From assembly GCF_000315625.1 (NCBI RefSeq), contig NW_005434664.1, forward strand, positions 186,001 through 250,000: 64,000 bases of DNA, in the 5' to 3' direction. Below, piece by piece: positions 1 through 12,159 of this stretch. The position numbers and the translations under genes are program-made. This DNA is from Guillardia theta CCMP2712 (Eukaryota; Protista; Cryptophyta). Under the pieces are notes generated by a model. The model was given only the letters and a program-made list of their open reading frames with translations. It did no database searches and was not told the origin of the DNA. Numbering within the stretch: position 1 is the stretch's first letter; each line of letters opens with the position of its first letter.

Positions 1-428
1 CACCCCAGGTCCTTCTCGATGGGGGACCTCCAGTACGTCAGGTTCGGGTCCTCCGGCCTCACGTCTCGAGTGAAGATGGTGCCGGGAGGGAGATTGAATA
101 AGTTGCTGATGTTGGAGTGGTCAGGAGGTGGGTAGTAAGGGGGCGATGGCTCTCTCGGCGTCGGGCTCTTCTCCGGCACTGATATGTCCCCTTGGATATC
201 TGACAAGCTGATGTCTTCGCCTCCTCCCCTCAACCTCGTCTCTTCCTTGCTGCTGGACCCTTGAGTTCGCAACGGCCTGCTGATCAGCTTCCCCAACGAT
301 GGCCTGCATTGTTTCCTATGAAAAATGTTCCTTTGAGAGATTGTGTCCAGTCTCTGCTGCTCGTTGTATATGTGTCTTATCAGCATAAGTAAGAACGCAA
401 CGCAAAGCTGCTTTCTGGCAGAAGACAT
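1..428 (-). CDS. 5' part of a hypothetical protein running off the window; hydrophobic N-terminus followed by an RLRGG motif
   Basis: Hand translation gives an open frame from ATG 428 to base 3: MSSARKQLCVAFLLMLIRH...KEETRLRGGGEDISLSDIQ...YWRSPIEKDLG. It is absent from the ORF track because it is truncated. Confidence 0.5.
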   Translation of the reverse strand, partial: MSSARKQLCVAFLLMLIRHIYNEQQRLDTISQRNIFHRKQCRPSLGKLISRPLRTQGSSSKEETRLRGGGEDISLSDIQGDISVPEKSPTPREPSPPYYPPPDHSNISNLFNLPPGTIFTRDVRPEDPNLTYWRSPIEKDLG

Positions 429-1304
429 GTTACTCCTCCAACTCAGCGTTTTTTCAGGTCTCCATTCAAAGGATCAGAGAGAGTTCTATGTCTGTCTGCA
501 CCATAGTTCATCTCTCAGCACTCTCTCTTGCAATGTAGAGCTCATAAGACGTTGTCTTCACACGGCAGATGATATTAGTGCAATCATGTCATTTCCCGTG
601 TCGATAAGTTTCCCACAGTCATGAATAAGTTCTTACGGCATAGCGATCAAGCTCTGTCCATCACACGCCATCAAGCATGTCTTTCCTGTGTCTTGACATG
701 TTCTCGCAGTCTATCCCTCTCTCCAACTGCTTCTCAACGTCTCTCCCTCGTCCCCTCCCCTTCGCCATCGCTCTCGGACGCATCTCTTTTAATTTCCAGG
801 CCTGCCCCAGGTCAATCCCGGCCCGCCCCAGCTTACAATGGCTGATGCGGGCCCAGATTCGGCATTGCATCTGGGGATGAGGGGGGATGAGGGTAAGTTG
901 CCCTCGAAGAGGCATCGCGGAAATGCTGAGGTGAGTGGGAGTGAGATGAGAATGCGAAATGCGAGAAGAGCGAACAAGTGATGTGTCAAGGCGAAGAGAG
1001 GAGAAACAAGTATGGTTGACGGAAATATATGCGCGCTTCGTAGAGAAGATGTAGGTTGCGAAGTGAAACATTGGGCTGGCGGATGAAGGGAATCAGTACA
1101 GTCAGGATACTGCGAAAGAGGCCCTGTTGTTTTGTAGCGCAGGAATGAAAGGAAGAATTTGATTGTTGTCCCTCTTTTTTAATGCTAATGGCTTCAATCC
1201 GATGTTCATGAAATGTTGTCTCCACATCAAAGTTTCAAAGTGGTTGCTTGTCGAATCGATGTGCCGAAGGTTTCCTTGGTATGCGAATCTTGACATCATT
1301 GCAG

Positions 1305-1602
1305 ATTTTCCATTCTCACACCAATCTGGGCTGGAACCAACCAGGAGTACATGATGGCACGACCATCCGAGTTCGCTGGTTTCAATTCCGACATCACGCC
1401 TCAGTACGATGATGGTACTGCCTACTACGTGGTGGATATCCCCAAGGGTAGCCCCAAGGTAAGCTTGTTGAGTTGTGCACGTAGAAGCATGATTGACGAT
1501 GGATGCAAGGTTGCCGCTCAGCCTGGCAGCAATCATGCTTTGCCTTATCCTGCTACCTATGGGCACAAGCATCAGTTCGAGCACCAGGTTGGAATCTACT
1601 AG
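1305..1602 (+). CDS. Small hypothetical protein (spliced; first exon uncertain)
   Basis: Acceptor ttgcag at ~1304, then FSILTPIWAGTNQEYMMARPSEFAGFNSDITPQYDDGTAYYVVDIPKGSPK, a gtaag...aag intron, and VAAQPGSNHALPYPATYGHKHQFEHQVGIY*. Confidence 0.35.
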
Positions 1603-1802
1603 GTGGATGGTGTCATTGTTAGTTTCTGTTCGTCGCGGTCTATAAATTGAACAAGTACCATTTCGTCTGGTAGCAGAAAACCCAAATGACAGCGAAATAT
1701 GCATGTTTGTACCGGGACTGATGTCAAACATTTATTTCCGGCTATTTCACACAATCGTCTGCCAATCTAACACAGCTCGTTCAAACAAGAAAAGAGTTCT
1801 GT

Positions 1803-3270
1803 TTAAATATCATTCTCACAGGAACAATCTGGTTTGTGAGAGTCGAATCGTTTGACCTCCCGAGATACTTGAGGGGAGACCGGTGAGTCAAAAGGGAAGT
1901 TGCCAATCCAATCCTTGCCAAGATTATCCCCATCCATGTAAGGCGAGTTGGCACAACGGGCGCATCCAGGGCCTAAGAAGCTCATGTAGTCAGGGTGAGG
2001 CTGCACCTTGGGATGCATCAAGGTCTCGGTGGTCGGAAGGCCTTCGCGAACAAGCTCCTCATTGATCTTGTCCTTCCTGAGTTTCGCACCAATGTCTTCA
2101 ACCTCGTTGGTGTTCGCCTCAATGAAGAACACAAGCTTTGTCTGCTGATTGTCCTCCGGATCAGGAACAACCTTGTTCAACGAAATCTGAGTGACATCCA
2201 CTCCCGTGACGTCAGCAAGGATGTTGAGAACCTTGTGCTGCACTTCATCATCAACCTGCGAGATTGGGAGGGGGAGGATGATCTTGTCATACACTGCTAC
2301 TGGGGAGGTAGACTCTTGCAGGCCGAAGCGAGGAAGCATCTCGTTGATCCTTGCAGGAGCCAGCGAGTCCTTGAGGGTCTCAGCATCATCACTCTTGGCG
2401 TCCACGTTGAAATCGATCGCGCACTCCTCCTGGTGCCCGGGAATCGGTCGCACCCTCACAAGCTCCACTTGATCGCTTGTCACCCCAGCCGTTGCAGCAA
2501 TAGCAGCAATGATCTTTCGCCGCAAATCATTGCTTGCACGGACATTGTCGCTTGAGTACGGCAGCCGAATCGCTTCGGAAATCATCACCGGCCATGAGGG
2601 AGCATGTCTCGCCATCACAGTCAGGAAAGCCGGATAGTCAAGTCCTCCCTTCGGCAGCTCCTCCTGCTCGATACTGTATTCCAGCTGTTTGGCTGAAGGG
2701 TTTGATCCAAGAATTTTGACCAGCTGCTGGAGATCATTGATCTTGATGTGTCCGTCGGTGTCTCTTGTGAGAATCTTACCTCCCCGCTTCTTGCTGAATG
2801 AATCGAAGGCCTTGCGATATCTCCTCAAGTTCTCATCGGGAATGCTGTAATGCTCTGCAATCTCTGCTTCTGGAGATTTCCCTGCTTCGCCCTGCTCTGC
2901 CCCGTCCATCCACTTGGACAGGTCGGAGTAGCAATCGCAACAGGGCCTTCCACATCTGGCATTAGAGTAATAGTAGTTGATGGGAAGCTCGACCGGGGCT
3001 GCTGGAACGAGATCATCTGTAAAGGAAGGGTCTGATGGGGACTGCATGCCCTTCACCCAGTCGATGTATCCGGGGTCAGATGCTCCCAAGGAAACTCGAC
3101 GATTTGTTCTCGAGAGGAGCATGACTCCAAGGCAGAGGCCCAGAGCAAGGCCTGCGAGCACTAGAGAGCAATCAGATAACCTCAACAGACATGGAAGGAA
3201 GCATTGACGGCTCTAGAAGCAACTCTCTCTTACCTGCCAGTCCCGCATACTGCCGCGGCGCCCGCGCCAT
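1803..3270 (-). CDS. Type II membrane protein with a degenerate calmodulin-like EF-hand pair, two ~90-aa SEA-like repeats and Cys-rich flanks
   Basis: Exon 1 MARAPRQYAGLA, intron 3161-3233, then the TM segment VLAGLALGLCLGVMLL. EF-hand-like stretch YRKAFDSF..DTDGHIKINDLQQLVKILGSNPS..LDYPAFLTVMAR. Internal repeats KIIAAIAATAGVTSDQVELVRV / KVLNILADVTGVDVTQISLNKV. Confidence 0.7.
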
Positions 3271-3935
3271 CGCGGCTCTTCACCTTTTTGGTTGAATCCG
3301 ATTCAGGTCGGTTTTGGAGTGAGTGGAATCGATTTCATACATGAGTTGTAATCGATTTGAATCGACTGATGGAAATCGATTTGAGTCGGTCTACTACGTG
3401 TTCTCGCTTACCAGATAGCAAGAATCTTTAATAAATATTTTATTTTCAAAATAGAGATCAAATTCATTTATTTCGTAACAAAAATTGAAGTTTTGAAACA
3501 GAAAATTGAATCTTTACATCGATTGATTTGTTTCATGGAGTATGGTACACTTTAAAATTATTTTACAAAACTGCCGTTCAAGAAACATGAGCAGTCGCGT
3601 TTACCAGCGTACAACTTTAAAAACATAATAGCTGTTATCAAATTTTCAAAATTAGTCAGGAATATTGGAGTTGAACTTTCTTAATTGAGGTCAACACCTC
3701 CCTCCAGAATGTTATCATGCAGGAGTCGCGTCCCTAGTGCAGTAGGAAGGAGTAGAACAGAGGAGTGAGAGGAGGACAAAGAGGAGGACGAGGAGAAGAT
3801 ACAGAGGAAAGGAGACAGCAGGCGAGGTCATAGTTGTCAACAAGGTTTGTCTTGTCTGGAGCTTCCGTCGAGCAGTTCTACAGAACGGTGCGTGTGTTCC
3901 GAAAACGGTCGGGGTTCACTGGCTAGGTAGCAGGG

Positions 3936-6808
3936 ATGAGTTCTAGCTCATTCCAAAACGTCGCTCGCACTGTAGGAGGGGAGCTGGCTAAGCAAGGCAT
4001 CCTCATGGCGAAAGAAGTTCCTGGCTCGGTTGCAGCAGCGATCGGCATCGCTGGGTTCATGAGCTGGTCGTACCTGGCCATGCGAGGAGCCAACCCGGCA
4101 TTGAAGAGGCAAAACAGACTCAGCTGGCTAGCCAAGAAGTCGATCACAGGAGGAAAAGCTCAGAGTGAAGATGCTTCGAATTCTGATGGGTATTTCAGCG
4201 AAGATGGATATGAAGTTGTTGAAAAAGAGCAGGCCAGCTGCGGTCATGAGAACGTTTCTGAAGATGAGGAAGAGGACGTGCAGTATCTTTGCGAGGAGGA
4301 AGTGGCTCAAAGAAATGTCGATGAAGTCTTCTCGGCTGTGATGAAACGTGATGTCAGCACGGTCAAGCGTGCAGTTGAGAAGAAGGTGGTGGACAGTACG
4401 ACATGCGATGCCTACGGGAACACGTTGCTTATCCTGGCGGCTCAAAGTGGAAGCGCGGAGATAGTGTCGTTTCTGATCGAGAAGTGAGTATATGTGACTT
4501 TAGCTCTGAGAGACGGTGTGTGCTGAATGCATGTTTGCTTATTGCAGCGGGTTCAACGTCAATGCTCAGAATTGGCGCGGGCAGACAGCTTTGCATTTTG
4601 CATACGCCTTCAGCTATCATCAACTTTGCGATCTCTTGCTCTCGAATGGGGCAAGGTATCATCCAATCACTGCTTCTACCTCACTCTCACACCTTGCCCG
4701 TCCTTCAGATCGGATATTCGCAACGACTACAATATGACAGCAGAAGAGGGCGCATTGTCCGGAATGAGCTTTCCGATGCCCATTGCTGATCTTGCTACCT
4801 CGCAGGTTTATTTCTGTTTGCTCTTTTGATAGTGTATTGTTTCTCTTGACCGTCATGGTCGTGCAGGAGTCTTCAGCTCCTCGAGCCAAGGAGGCCCCAG
4901 GTGAGAATTTCGAGTTGAAGCTGTGAGCTACCTGTTGATGTTTTTGCTTGCAGTGCAACGAGGAGCGGAGCCGAAGACTTTGCAGGCACCTCAGAAGAAG
5001 GAGCATGGCAATGCTGACATGTCCGTGATTGCACAGGATGCTGGAAACAATCACTTGAACAGCAAGAGGATGATGACATCCAACCTTCCTGAGAAGACAA
5101 CAGAATCGTACTTGGGAAGCAGCTCCCCTCGTGATGTTCCTCCGAATGGCCCCACGAACAGAGTCTCCTTTGAATCTCAGAAGTCAATGTCTTCGCTGCT
5201 CTCGTGGGGCCCCGAATTTGCATCCACGGCCTTCCCAAAGCAAGATCCTCAATTTGGAGGTCAAGCACGACGTTTGGACGCCCTTCTTCGGCCCTGACCC
5301 ATTTTTCCTGACAGGGAAGAAGGTCGCTGTGAAGGAAAAGAGCGCTCCTAGTGCGCAATGCTCGCCTCAAGGTAAAAACTCCGGTGAAGACGACAATGGC
5401 GAAGCCGTTGTGGGTAAGGCCCAGCATTGCTGTGCTGGAGTGAATCCTTACCGACTTTGATTCCAAGGTGACATCATCGTGGATGATGCGGATGTGGAAA
5501 CTTGTGAGAGCAAGGAAAGCAATATTGCTGCTCCTGCTCCTGCTCCTGCTCCTGGAGCACCTGGCATGTTTCCTCCCCCTCCTCCCCCTCCCCCCCCCCC
5601 TCCCCCACCTCGTCTGCCAGGAGGATCGAATGGAGCACCTGCTCCCCCTCCTCCTCCCCCTCCTCCTGGTATGAAGGCAGCTGCGGGTAGCAACGAGACG
5701 TCACAGCAGGGTGGAGTGCCAAAGATCTCCAAGTCTTGGGAAGTGATTCAACAGTTTCAAGCTCTCAACAGGTGATCCATGGCTTTTGCACGTTCTCGCA
5801 TGACTCGAGGCCTTGGAAGGAGAGCGGCTGCCTCTGGCGGTCATGCAGGACGAAAGGGGAATGGAGAGGAGGATGCGTCTAAGAATGGCAAGCCGCAAGC
5901 AGCCATTGCTGACGCAGTGAAGCAAGAGCTTGAGATGAAGTCAAGCTACATGCGGCAAGTGGTCGCAGATAGGGAGAAATATGCAGAAATGATCCTCGAT
6001 CTTGCCCGGCAAATCTCAAAGTTTGCACCGAAGAACATGGAGCAACTGGATGTCTTTGTCGCTGAAGTCGAAAGGCGTCTGGGGAAGCTGAGCGATGAAA
6101 GAATGGTACTCAAGGCTGAAAACTTCGCCAGCGTTTGGCCCGAGCGGAAGCTTGATGTGATGCGAGAGGCCATAGCAAAGAAGAATGAGTTTGAAACTCT
6201 TCTGAACAGCATGGATGTGACCAGTGAAAGGTGGGGAGCAAGAAGTAACGTTCGAGACGAGTTGGTTCATGTGATGGAGAAGTTCCAACAAGTGAAGCCG
6301 CAAGTTGACACGCATGTCCGCGAAAAAGACGATCTACAGGTCTCCTCCCCGTCTTGTCTCTTGCTTGCCTCCCGCGTAAGTTCTTCCGATCGGCTGATGT
6401 GTTTCCTAAACAGCGGAAATTCGCACACGACAAGATTCCCTTCGACTGGAACCTGCTGAAGAGGATTCAGCATGGTACAGTCGGTCTTGCCAACTACGCC
6501 ATGTCCATGGTGCTGTCTGCCTACCATCGCTTGCAAGACGAGGCGAATTCGAACGAAGTTCAGCATATGAGAGCCCTGATGGAGGAGGTCAGGCGTGTGA
6601 TGGAATTTGCCTGCTGTAACTATTCTGGTCCAGGCTCTGCGGTTCGCTTTCAAGTGCCATCAATTCGCCGGTGGTTTCGATCAGGTCAGTGGCCAACGAA
6701 GTCGGCGAGCTCATGCTGATGCGGCTGCTGCAGGAGACAACCTCTCTCTTCGTGGCATTGAACTCTGCTCTGCATCCGCAAGAGTCGTCAACGCCAGCTG
6801 AAAGTTGA
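3936..6808 (+). CDS. CHUP1-like protein: N-terminal TM anchor, ankyrin repeats, polyproline (FH1-like) tract and CHUP1/IPGA1-type C-terminal domain
   Basis: About 10 exons joined through GT-AG introns. Ankyrin motifs DAYGNTLLILAAQSG and NAQNWRGQTALHFA. PPPP tracts at 5570-5670. C-terminal LSDERMVLK..WPERKLDVMREA..IPFDW..ALRFAFKCHQFAGGFDQ matches the plant CHUP1 signature LVDERAVLK..WPEGKADALREA..IPVDW..VRFAFRVHQFAGGFD. Confidence 0.8.
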
Positions 6809-8690
6809 GACCCACATCGACTCTTACTCACTGTCCGTGTACCAGCACCTGCCCTTGTTTTGTAGAATATTTCTAGTATTGTCCTTGTTAACAGAGCTAT
6901 CTCGGAACTGCACTTTCTGAACACTGTGCCGAGTCGGAAATTGACCGGGTCCAGGGGGCCTCGAAGCCCGGCGGGCTGGGCCCGGCGGGAGGCGGCTGCC
7001 CGGGTCGGACCCGGTCGGTCACCGTCGCACCGTGGCATGTCTTCAGTGCCGCCACTAAGCCGGTGGCAACATGGGAGGTTGGCCCGGAACTGCCCGGCCG
7101 GGCGGCCGTGGGCCAGGCCGCGCACCGTGGCTGACTCCGGGACTCGACCGTCCGATGAGAGTCGAGTCTGAGTCCGATCGGACTTTGACTGCTGAGTTAC
7201 TGAGGTGAGGGTCTTGTTCCCGGAACTTAAAGGAGGCAGGGGGCCCGATTCTGTGAAGTTTTAAAGAATTTGTTCAAAACTTGTGACAAAATTCCAAATA
7301 TAAAGCTCGTACAGAGAATACCAACAAGATTTTCAAAATCTAAAACGATATAGCCTGAGATAGCCCCTAGGAGGACTCTTGGATCATAGGACCCGCCCTA
7401 TGGATCGGTACCCGTTCATTCAGCCATGATTCCCCGACTTATGGAGATAGGGGTGTCGTAAGGTACTACTGGTCCTGACTCTGTGAGACACTACTATGGT
7501 TGAGGTAGGGTGGGGTAGTGCTTTCTGGTACGTCGTAGAGAACAATCTTTTGGACATTTCCAGGACCCGGTGGTTCATCATGGGACTGATAGGGTGGGGT
7601 GGGACTTTGTAGACTTGGCAGCCTAGAGGCCGAGGGGTAGGTGGCCCGGGTTATGGTTTTTAAAAGTTTTCAGGGGTGGTGGCATGATGGGGGTGGAGTA
7701 CTCAAGCATATGGGTGGGTCCTTTCACTGTCAATGGAGCTTTGCTCTTCAAGTACATCGTAGGGGTGGTTGAAGGTTTGGGAAGGGGACGCGGGGGTACT
7801 GTTTTTTTTATCAAAATATCTCTGGTGGGGTACTAAATTTTTGGAGTACCTACCCACGACACTGGTAGTATCTGAACATGATCCCACCCCTAGTGGTATT
7901 TGTCCCGTCAATTGTTGACCACAACAGAGGACCCCACCCAGTCCTGGGCCGGGCCATGGTCCGATGACCCCCTTTATCTCCCCAACACGAGAACCACCCA
8001 CCCCATGAAGCATCCAAGTTGGCTTCAAGGGAATCATGCCTGCCTGCCACAATGACCACCCCCTCTTGATACCCCCCGACCCTATCGCACGCACCCCCCG
8101 AGCTCCGAGGCTCAGTAGTACTAGGGGGTCCACTGAAGGAGGCGCACTTGAAGGCGGGTGGGGTCCAGAGATGATATAAGTGGTGGAGAAGGTGGTGTAG
8201 ACGTGGGGGTAGGTGGGTCCTGTGGCGTGGATGGTGATGCACAGTGGAAAGTGAAGGAGAAGAGAGGAGAAGCTTGAGGAGCGGAGAGATCAGGAGGTGC
8301 AGCGAAGGCGCCGAGGAAGGAGAGAAGAGCTGGAGGAGGACACTGGCACCGTGAAGGTCGAGAAGCGTTCTTGTACCTACAAGACGCTTCTGCAGTGTTG
8401 GTCAAGCCCTTGCAAACTCTCCACTGCAAGCTCCGAAGGGATTGCGGTTTGCTGCTCTACCGCGGCTCCAAGCATTCGACACTGGCACTGAACTTGTTCT
8501 CAAAAAGAAATTCTTCTTTCACAACAGACTTTGCGATCACCATCCAAGACGCGACGCTCCTTACCGAATCAAAACTTACAACACCAGGCTTGGGCTTCGA
8601 GGATGTCAGGAGGACCAAACGGGCGAGTGAAGAGAGTTTGAAAGGTCTCGACTAGCCAGCGGATTGACAGATTGAATCATCGACAACACG

Positions 8691-10728
8691 ATGTCGAATG
8701 CTGATACCAGAAAACCTGAGCCACAGAGAGCTCTGAAATACACTTACGATGTATTCAATTCCTGCTTGCCCTCACGTTACTGACGGACACATATCAGGCG
8801 TACAAAGAGAAATGGACTAGTCAAGAATGCGTCGTCATGGTAGCCCGTAAACCATTCCAAGAGGGAGGAATGAGATGGTGCTACAAAATGTATGAGATCG
8901 ACAAAGACGGCAAGTACGCCCCGGGTGTCGCCAAAGTCTTCAAGGATGATGCCCTTGACGACGAAGATGAAGAGGTGAACGAGATTCATGCTCAAGTTTG
9001 TTCTGATCTTTATTGCTGACCGTTTTGCACAGGAAATTGCAAAAATCTACTTTGATGAAGCCATGACACAGACAGTGGCGGACAGCTTTGCAAAGCAGTT
9101 CGATCTTGCCCTTGGAGAGGAGAATGAGCAGTATCATTGTCGCTTCTTGCCAGTGAAAGTTCTTCACCTCGTTGGCAAGGGAGTGAAGGATGCTTTGGTA
9201 ATGCTATAGGCTTCATGTGACCTTCGATTAACATGTCTCGTTTTTCCAGTGCAATGTTGAGCCTTATCTGCAGGGCGAATATGTTAAGCACAATGACAAC
9301 GATGGTCATGTCGAAACAGAGTACGAGGTGCCCCAGGCGTTCAGTCATTTCACCTGGGAGTACTCGAATCAGCTCATCCTCGTTTGCGACATTCAAGGTG
9401 TCGGGCATTACTTCACCGACCCTCAAATCCACAGTCATGACGGGAACAGCTTCGGCATGGGCAACTTGGGACAGGAGGGCATTGACAAGTTCTTGACGTC
9501 CCACAAGTGTAACTCTATTTGCAAGTTGATCGGACTGGCAAAACCTGAGAAGAGGAACGGAAAGTGGTACATCGGGCAGGGCTCCCGATGCCACGAGTCA
9601 GTTGCCAGCAGGACGCCAGGTGGGACGCAAGCAGGGTTGAAAAACCCCAAGAAGTGGGATGCCAACATGTACGATGGGGCGATGAATCAGGCCATCACCA
9701 AGGTGACGAAAAGAAAGGGACAGAAAGATGCAGAAGAGCCCAACATTGAGATGACGCAGCAACAGTTGCAGTACCTTCAAACTAAGCTCCTCATGCTCAT
9801 TCAACAGCAAGGAAGCATGAATCAGTTGCTCCTTTCCCCCCAGCGGAACGCAAGAAGACCTCCTCCCAAGAGGGATGGCTCACAACAGAAGCTTCAGTCT
9901 GACATTGAACCCGATTCCGGTCGTAGTCGCAGTCCTTACCGTGCCGCAAGCCCCTCCAATGACCGACGAATGAGCCCGGGAAGGCCCCAGAGCCCGGGGC
10001 GAGCACAGAGCCCGGGACGAGCACAGAGCCCGGGGCGAGCACAGAGCCCGGGGCGAGCACAGAGCCCGGGGCGAGCCAGTGCCAAAAGAGACAAAACTCG
10101 TTCAACTGGCAAGATCTCGTCGAGCTATGACCTTCCCGACGCTGAGGCATATCAGATGGCGTCGCCATCTGGACCGCGCGCAGTGTCTCCTGTCGGGTTG
10201 CGAGCTGCTTCCCCGATGGGCCGAAAGTCGCAGAGTGACGTCATCAAGTATCAGGAGCAGATGCCGCACCTGAAGCGCGCTCCATCGAATGAGTTCTGCT
10301 GGAGTGCAAACATGGGCGAACTTCGTCGCCAGGGCTCCAGCAGTGCTGTGCTCGAGGCGCAGTCAGCCATGCAGGAGATGCAGATTAGAACGAGTGGAGG
10401 GAAGGAGCATCTCAAGCTCTCCTCCCTCATCGAGAACGAGAGCAACGAGGAAGAGCATGTTGTCTGCAAGTACTGCAACGTCTCTGGCAGTGTCACGTTC
10501 GTCCAGAGCAAAGGGGCCCACCACGACAAGACTTGCCCTCGATCAGTAGACGAGCAAGAGAAAGTTGAGAAGCCTAGGAGGCAGTCTGCCTTCCACATTC
10601 AGATGACAGAGCTCCAGGCTCAGCTGCAGGCGCAGACAGAAAGGATCAAGGGGTTGGATCCCAGCATTCTTGCCAAGAGGAAGTCGGAAAGCTTTGTCGA
10701 GGCGTCACCTAACTACGACAGGCTGTAA
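8691..10728 (+). CDS. Alpha-kinase (eEF2K/myosin heavy chain kinase family) with a long disordered C-terminus
   Basis: Motifs ALKYTYD..KW..PFQEGGMRWCYKM, VAKVF, VEPYLQGEYVKHNDNDG, PQAFSHFTWEYSNQLILVCDIQGVGHYFTDPQIH, FGMGNLGQEGIDKFLTSHKCNSICKLIGL. Three short introns near the 5' end. Confidence 0.92.
9971..10077 (+). repeat. 18-bp coding minisatellite encoding (AQSPGR)n in the alpha-kinase
   Basis: cagagcccggggcgagca unit about 5 times, preceded by MSPGR. Confidence 0.95.
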
Positions 10729-10868
10729 CTTCCGTTATCTGTTGGCTGCTGAGGGTTTCCCGTTGGATTCTTTGTAGTCAGCAATTTTATATATCGAACA
10801 AATGGAAAGGGGTCGCGGGAAAGAAGCTACTGTACCATCGGAGTGCCGTGCAGCCAGCGGGGGAGTTG

Positions 10869-12159
10869 TTAGTCAGCTGCTGAGAAGGAGGGAGCAAGAG
10901 ATGTGTTCATCATGGCGACTTCAACGCTCCCTGAACTTGCTAGTTACTCTTCATCATACCAGGATTGCCTCACCTTTCTGTTGCACTTCAGCAGAACTCC
11001 CCTCCGCATGCACCGCTCCAGTCTCCCCTTCGCTCGTATCGTCCACAGCTGAGAAGTCGTTGGTGATATCTAACGCTCCTCCTTCGCTCTCTCGCCGCAA
11101 CACCGCAGATTGTTTCTTCGTCTCACTGGAGTCCAAACTCCCTATCGGCATCAGAACACACTGCGACGTCCCCAGCCAGAACTTGAAGGGCAGGTGGACC
11201 ACGTGAACTGTCTGCATCTGCAGAGGAACTTGCTTCCCTTGCTTCAGGATAGTCGTGGGGTTTGTGCTACCCAGATCCACCACATGCGCCTGCGTGTCCT
11301 GATTGTTGCTCAAGTCTATTCTTACGTGCTTCCTTGAGACAGCCTTGTCCTTGATGATGACGTCACAATCCACATCCCGTCCTATGAAGTTGGTCCCCAT
11401 GTACAGGGGGTGCCTCACTCGGTTGCCCTTCTCGCAGAGCACCTGGGTGAGCAACGGGGCGTGAGCGGGAGGGGAAGGGGACGCGCGGGGAACCTCGAGG
11501 ATCGCGGCGGGGCTCATCTTGTTGGCAACATCGTCATCGGTGAGGATCTCCAGGCATCGCGTCAAACCAACAAGCAAGGCAAGGGGAAGCACCTGAGTTT
11601 CATCTGATCCATGTCCATCGTCTCCCTGCTTGTCCGTCCTGGGCTTCTTCCTCTTCCTCTCAAAACTTCGAGCAGCAACCTGGCAAGTATGAGGACGCGG
11701 CAAGGGGCTGCCGACGGGACTGACCTTGTGGGGGTTGGGGCCGAGAACGTCTATCCTCCTGGAGCTCACCAGCCGCGCTTTGCTGGAGGTCTCGAGGAAG
11801 TACTTGTATTCTTCGGGGTGTTTTGCTCGCAGGTGCTTCACAACATTCGAGTTGCTCCCATCTTTTCCCATGTTGATCATCCTCCCGCAGAACTCTCCTT
11901 CATTCGGGATGAGGCACACCACAGTCTTGGTTGCTGCCGCTTCCGCGTTCTCTTCCGGCTCTAGCAGCCCTACAAACCTCCACATGCCGCTACCTGCCTG
12001 CCCTGACTTCCCTGGAGGCTGACAGAACTTTCTGCCCCTCCACGACGTCGGCCTCATGATCGCAGGGGCTGTCTTGGACGCGCTTGAATCGCTCGCGCCA
12101 ACCTCAGCCATCGGCACAGACACTGGCTGGGACGAGAAGACTTCGACGGAGTCGGCCAT
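10869..12159 (-). CDS. BED-type zinc finger plus FHA domain protein
   Basis: BED-like MWRFV..VVCLI..FCGRMI..SNSNVVKHLRAKH. FHA-like NFIGRDVDCDVIIKDKAVSRKHVRI..VVDLGSTNPT. Start MADSVEVF chosen by inspection; last exon ends ...FSAAD*. Confidence 0.75.

Noticed and set aside
8297-8655. Extra coding exon upstream of the alpha-kinase
   Set aside because: A stop lies just upstream of ATG 8691 in the kinase frame after the acceptor at 8670; more likely 5' UTR.
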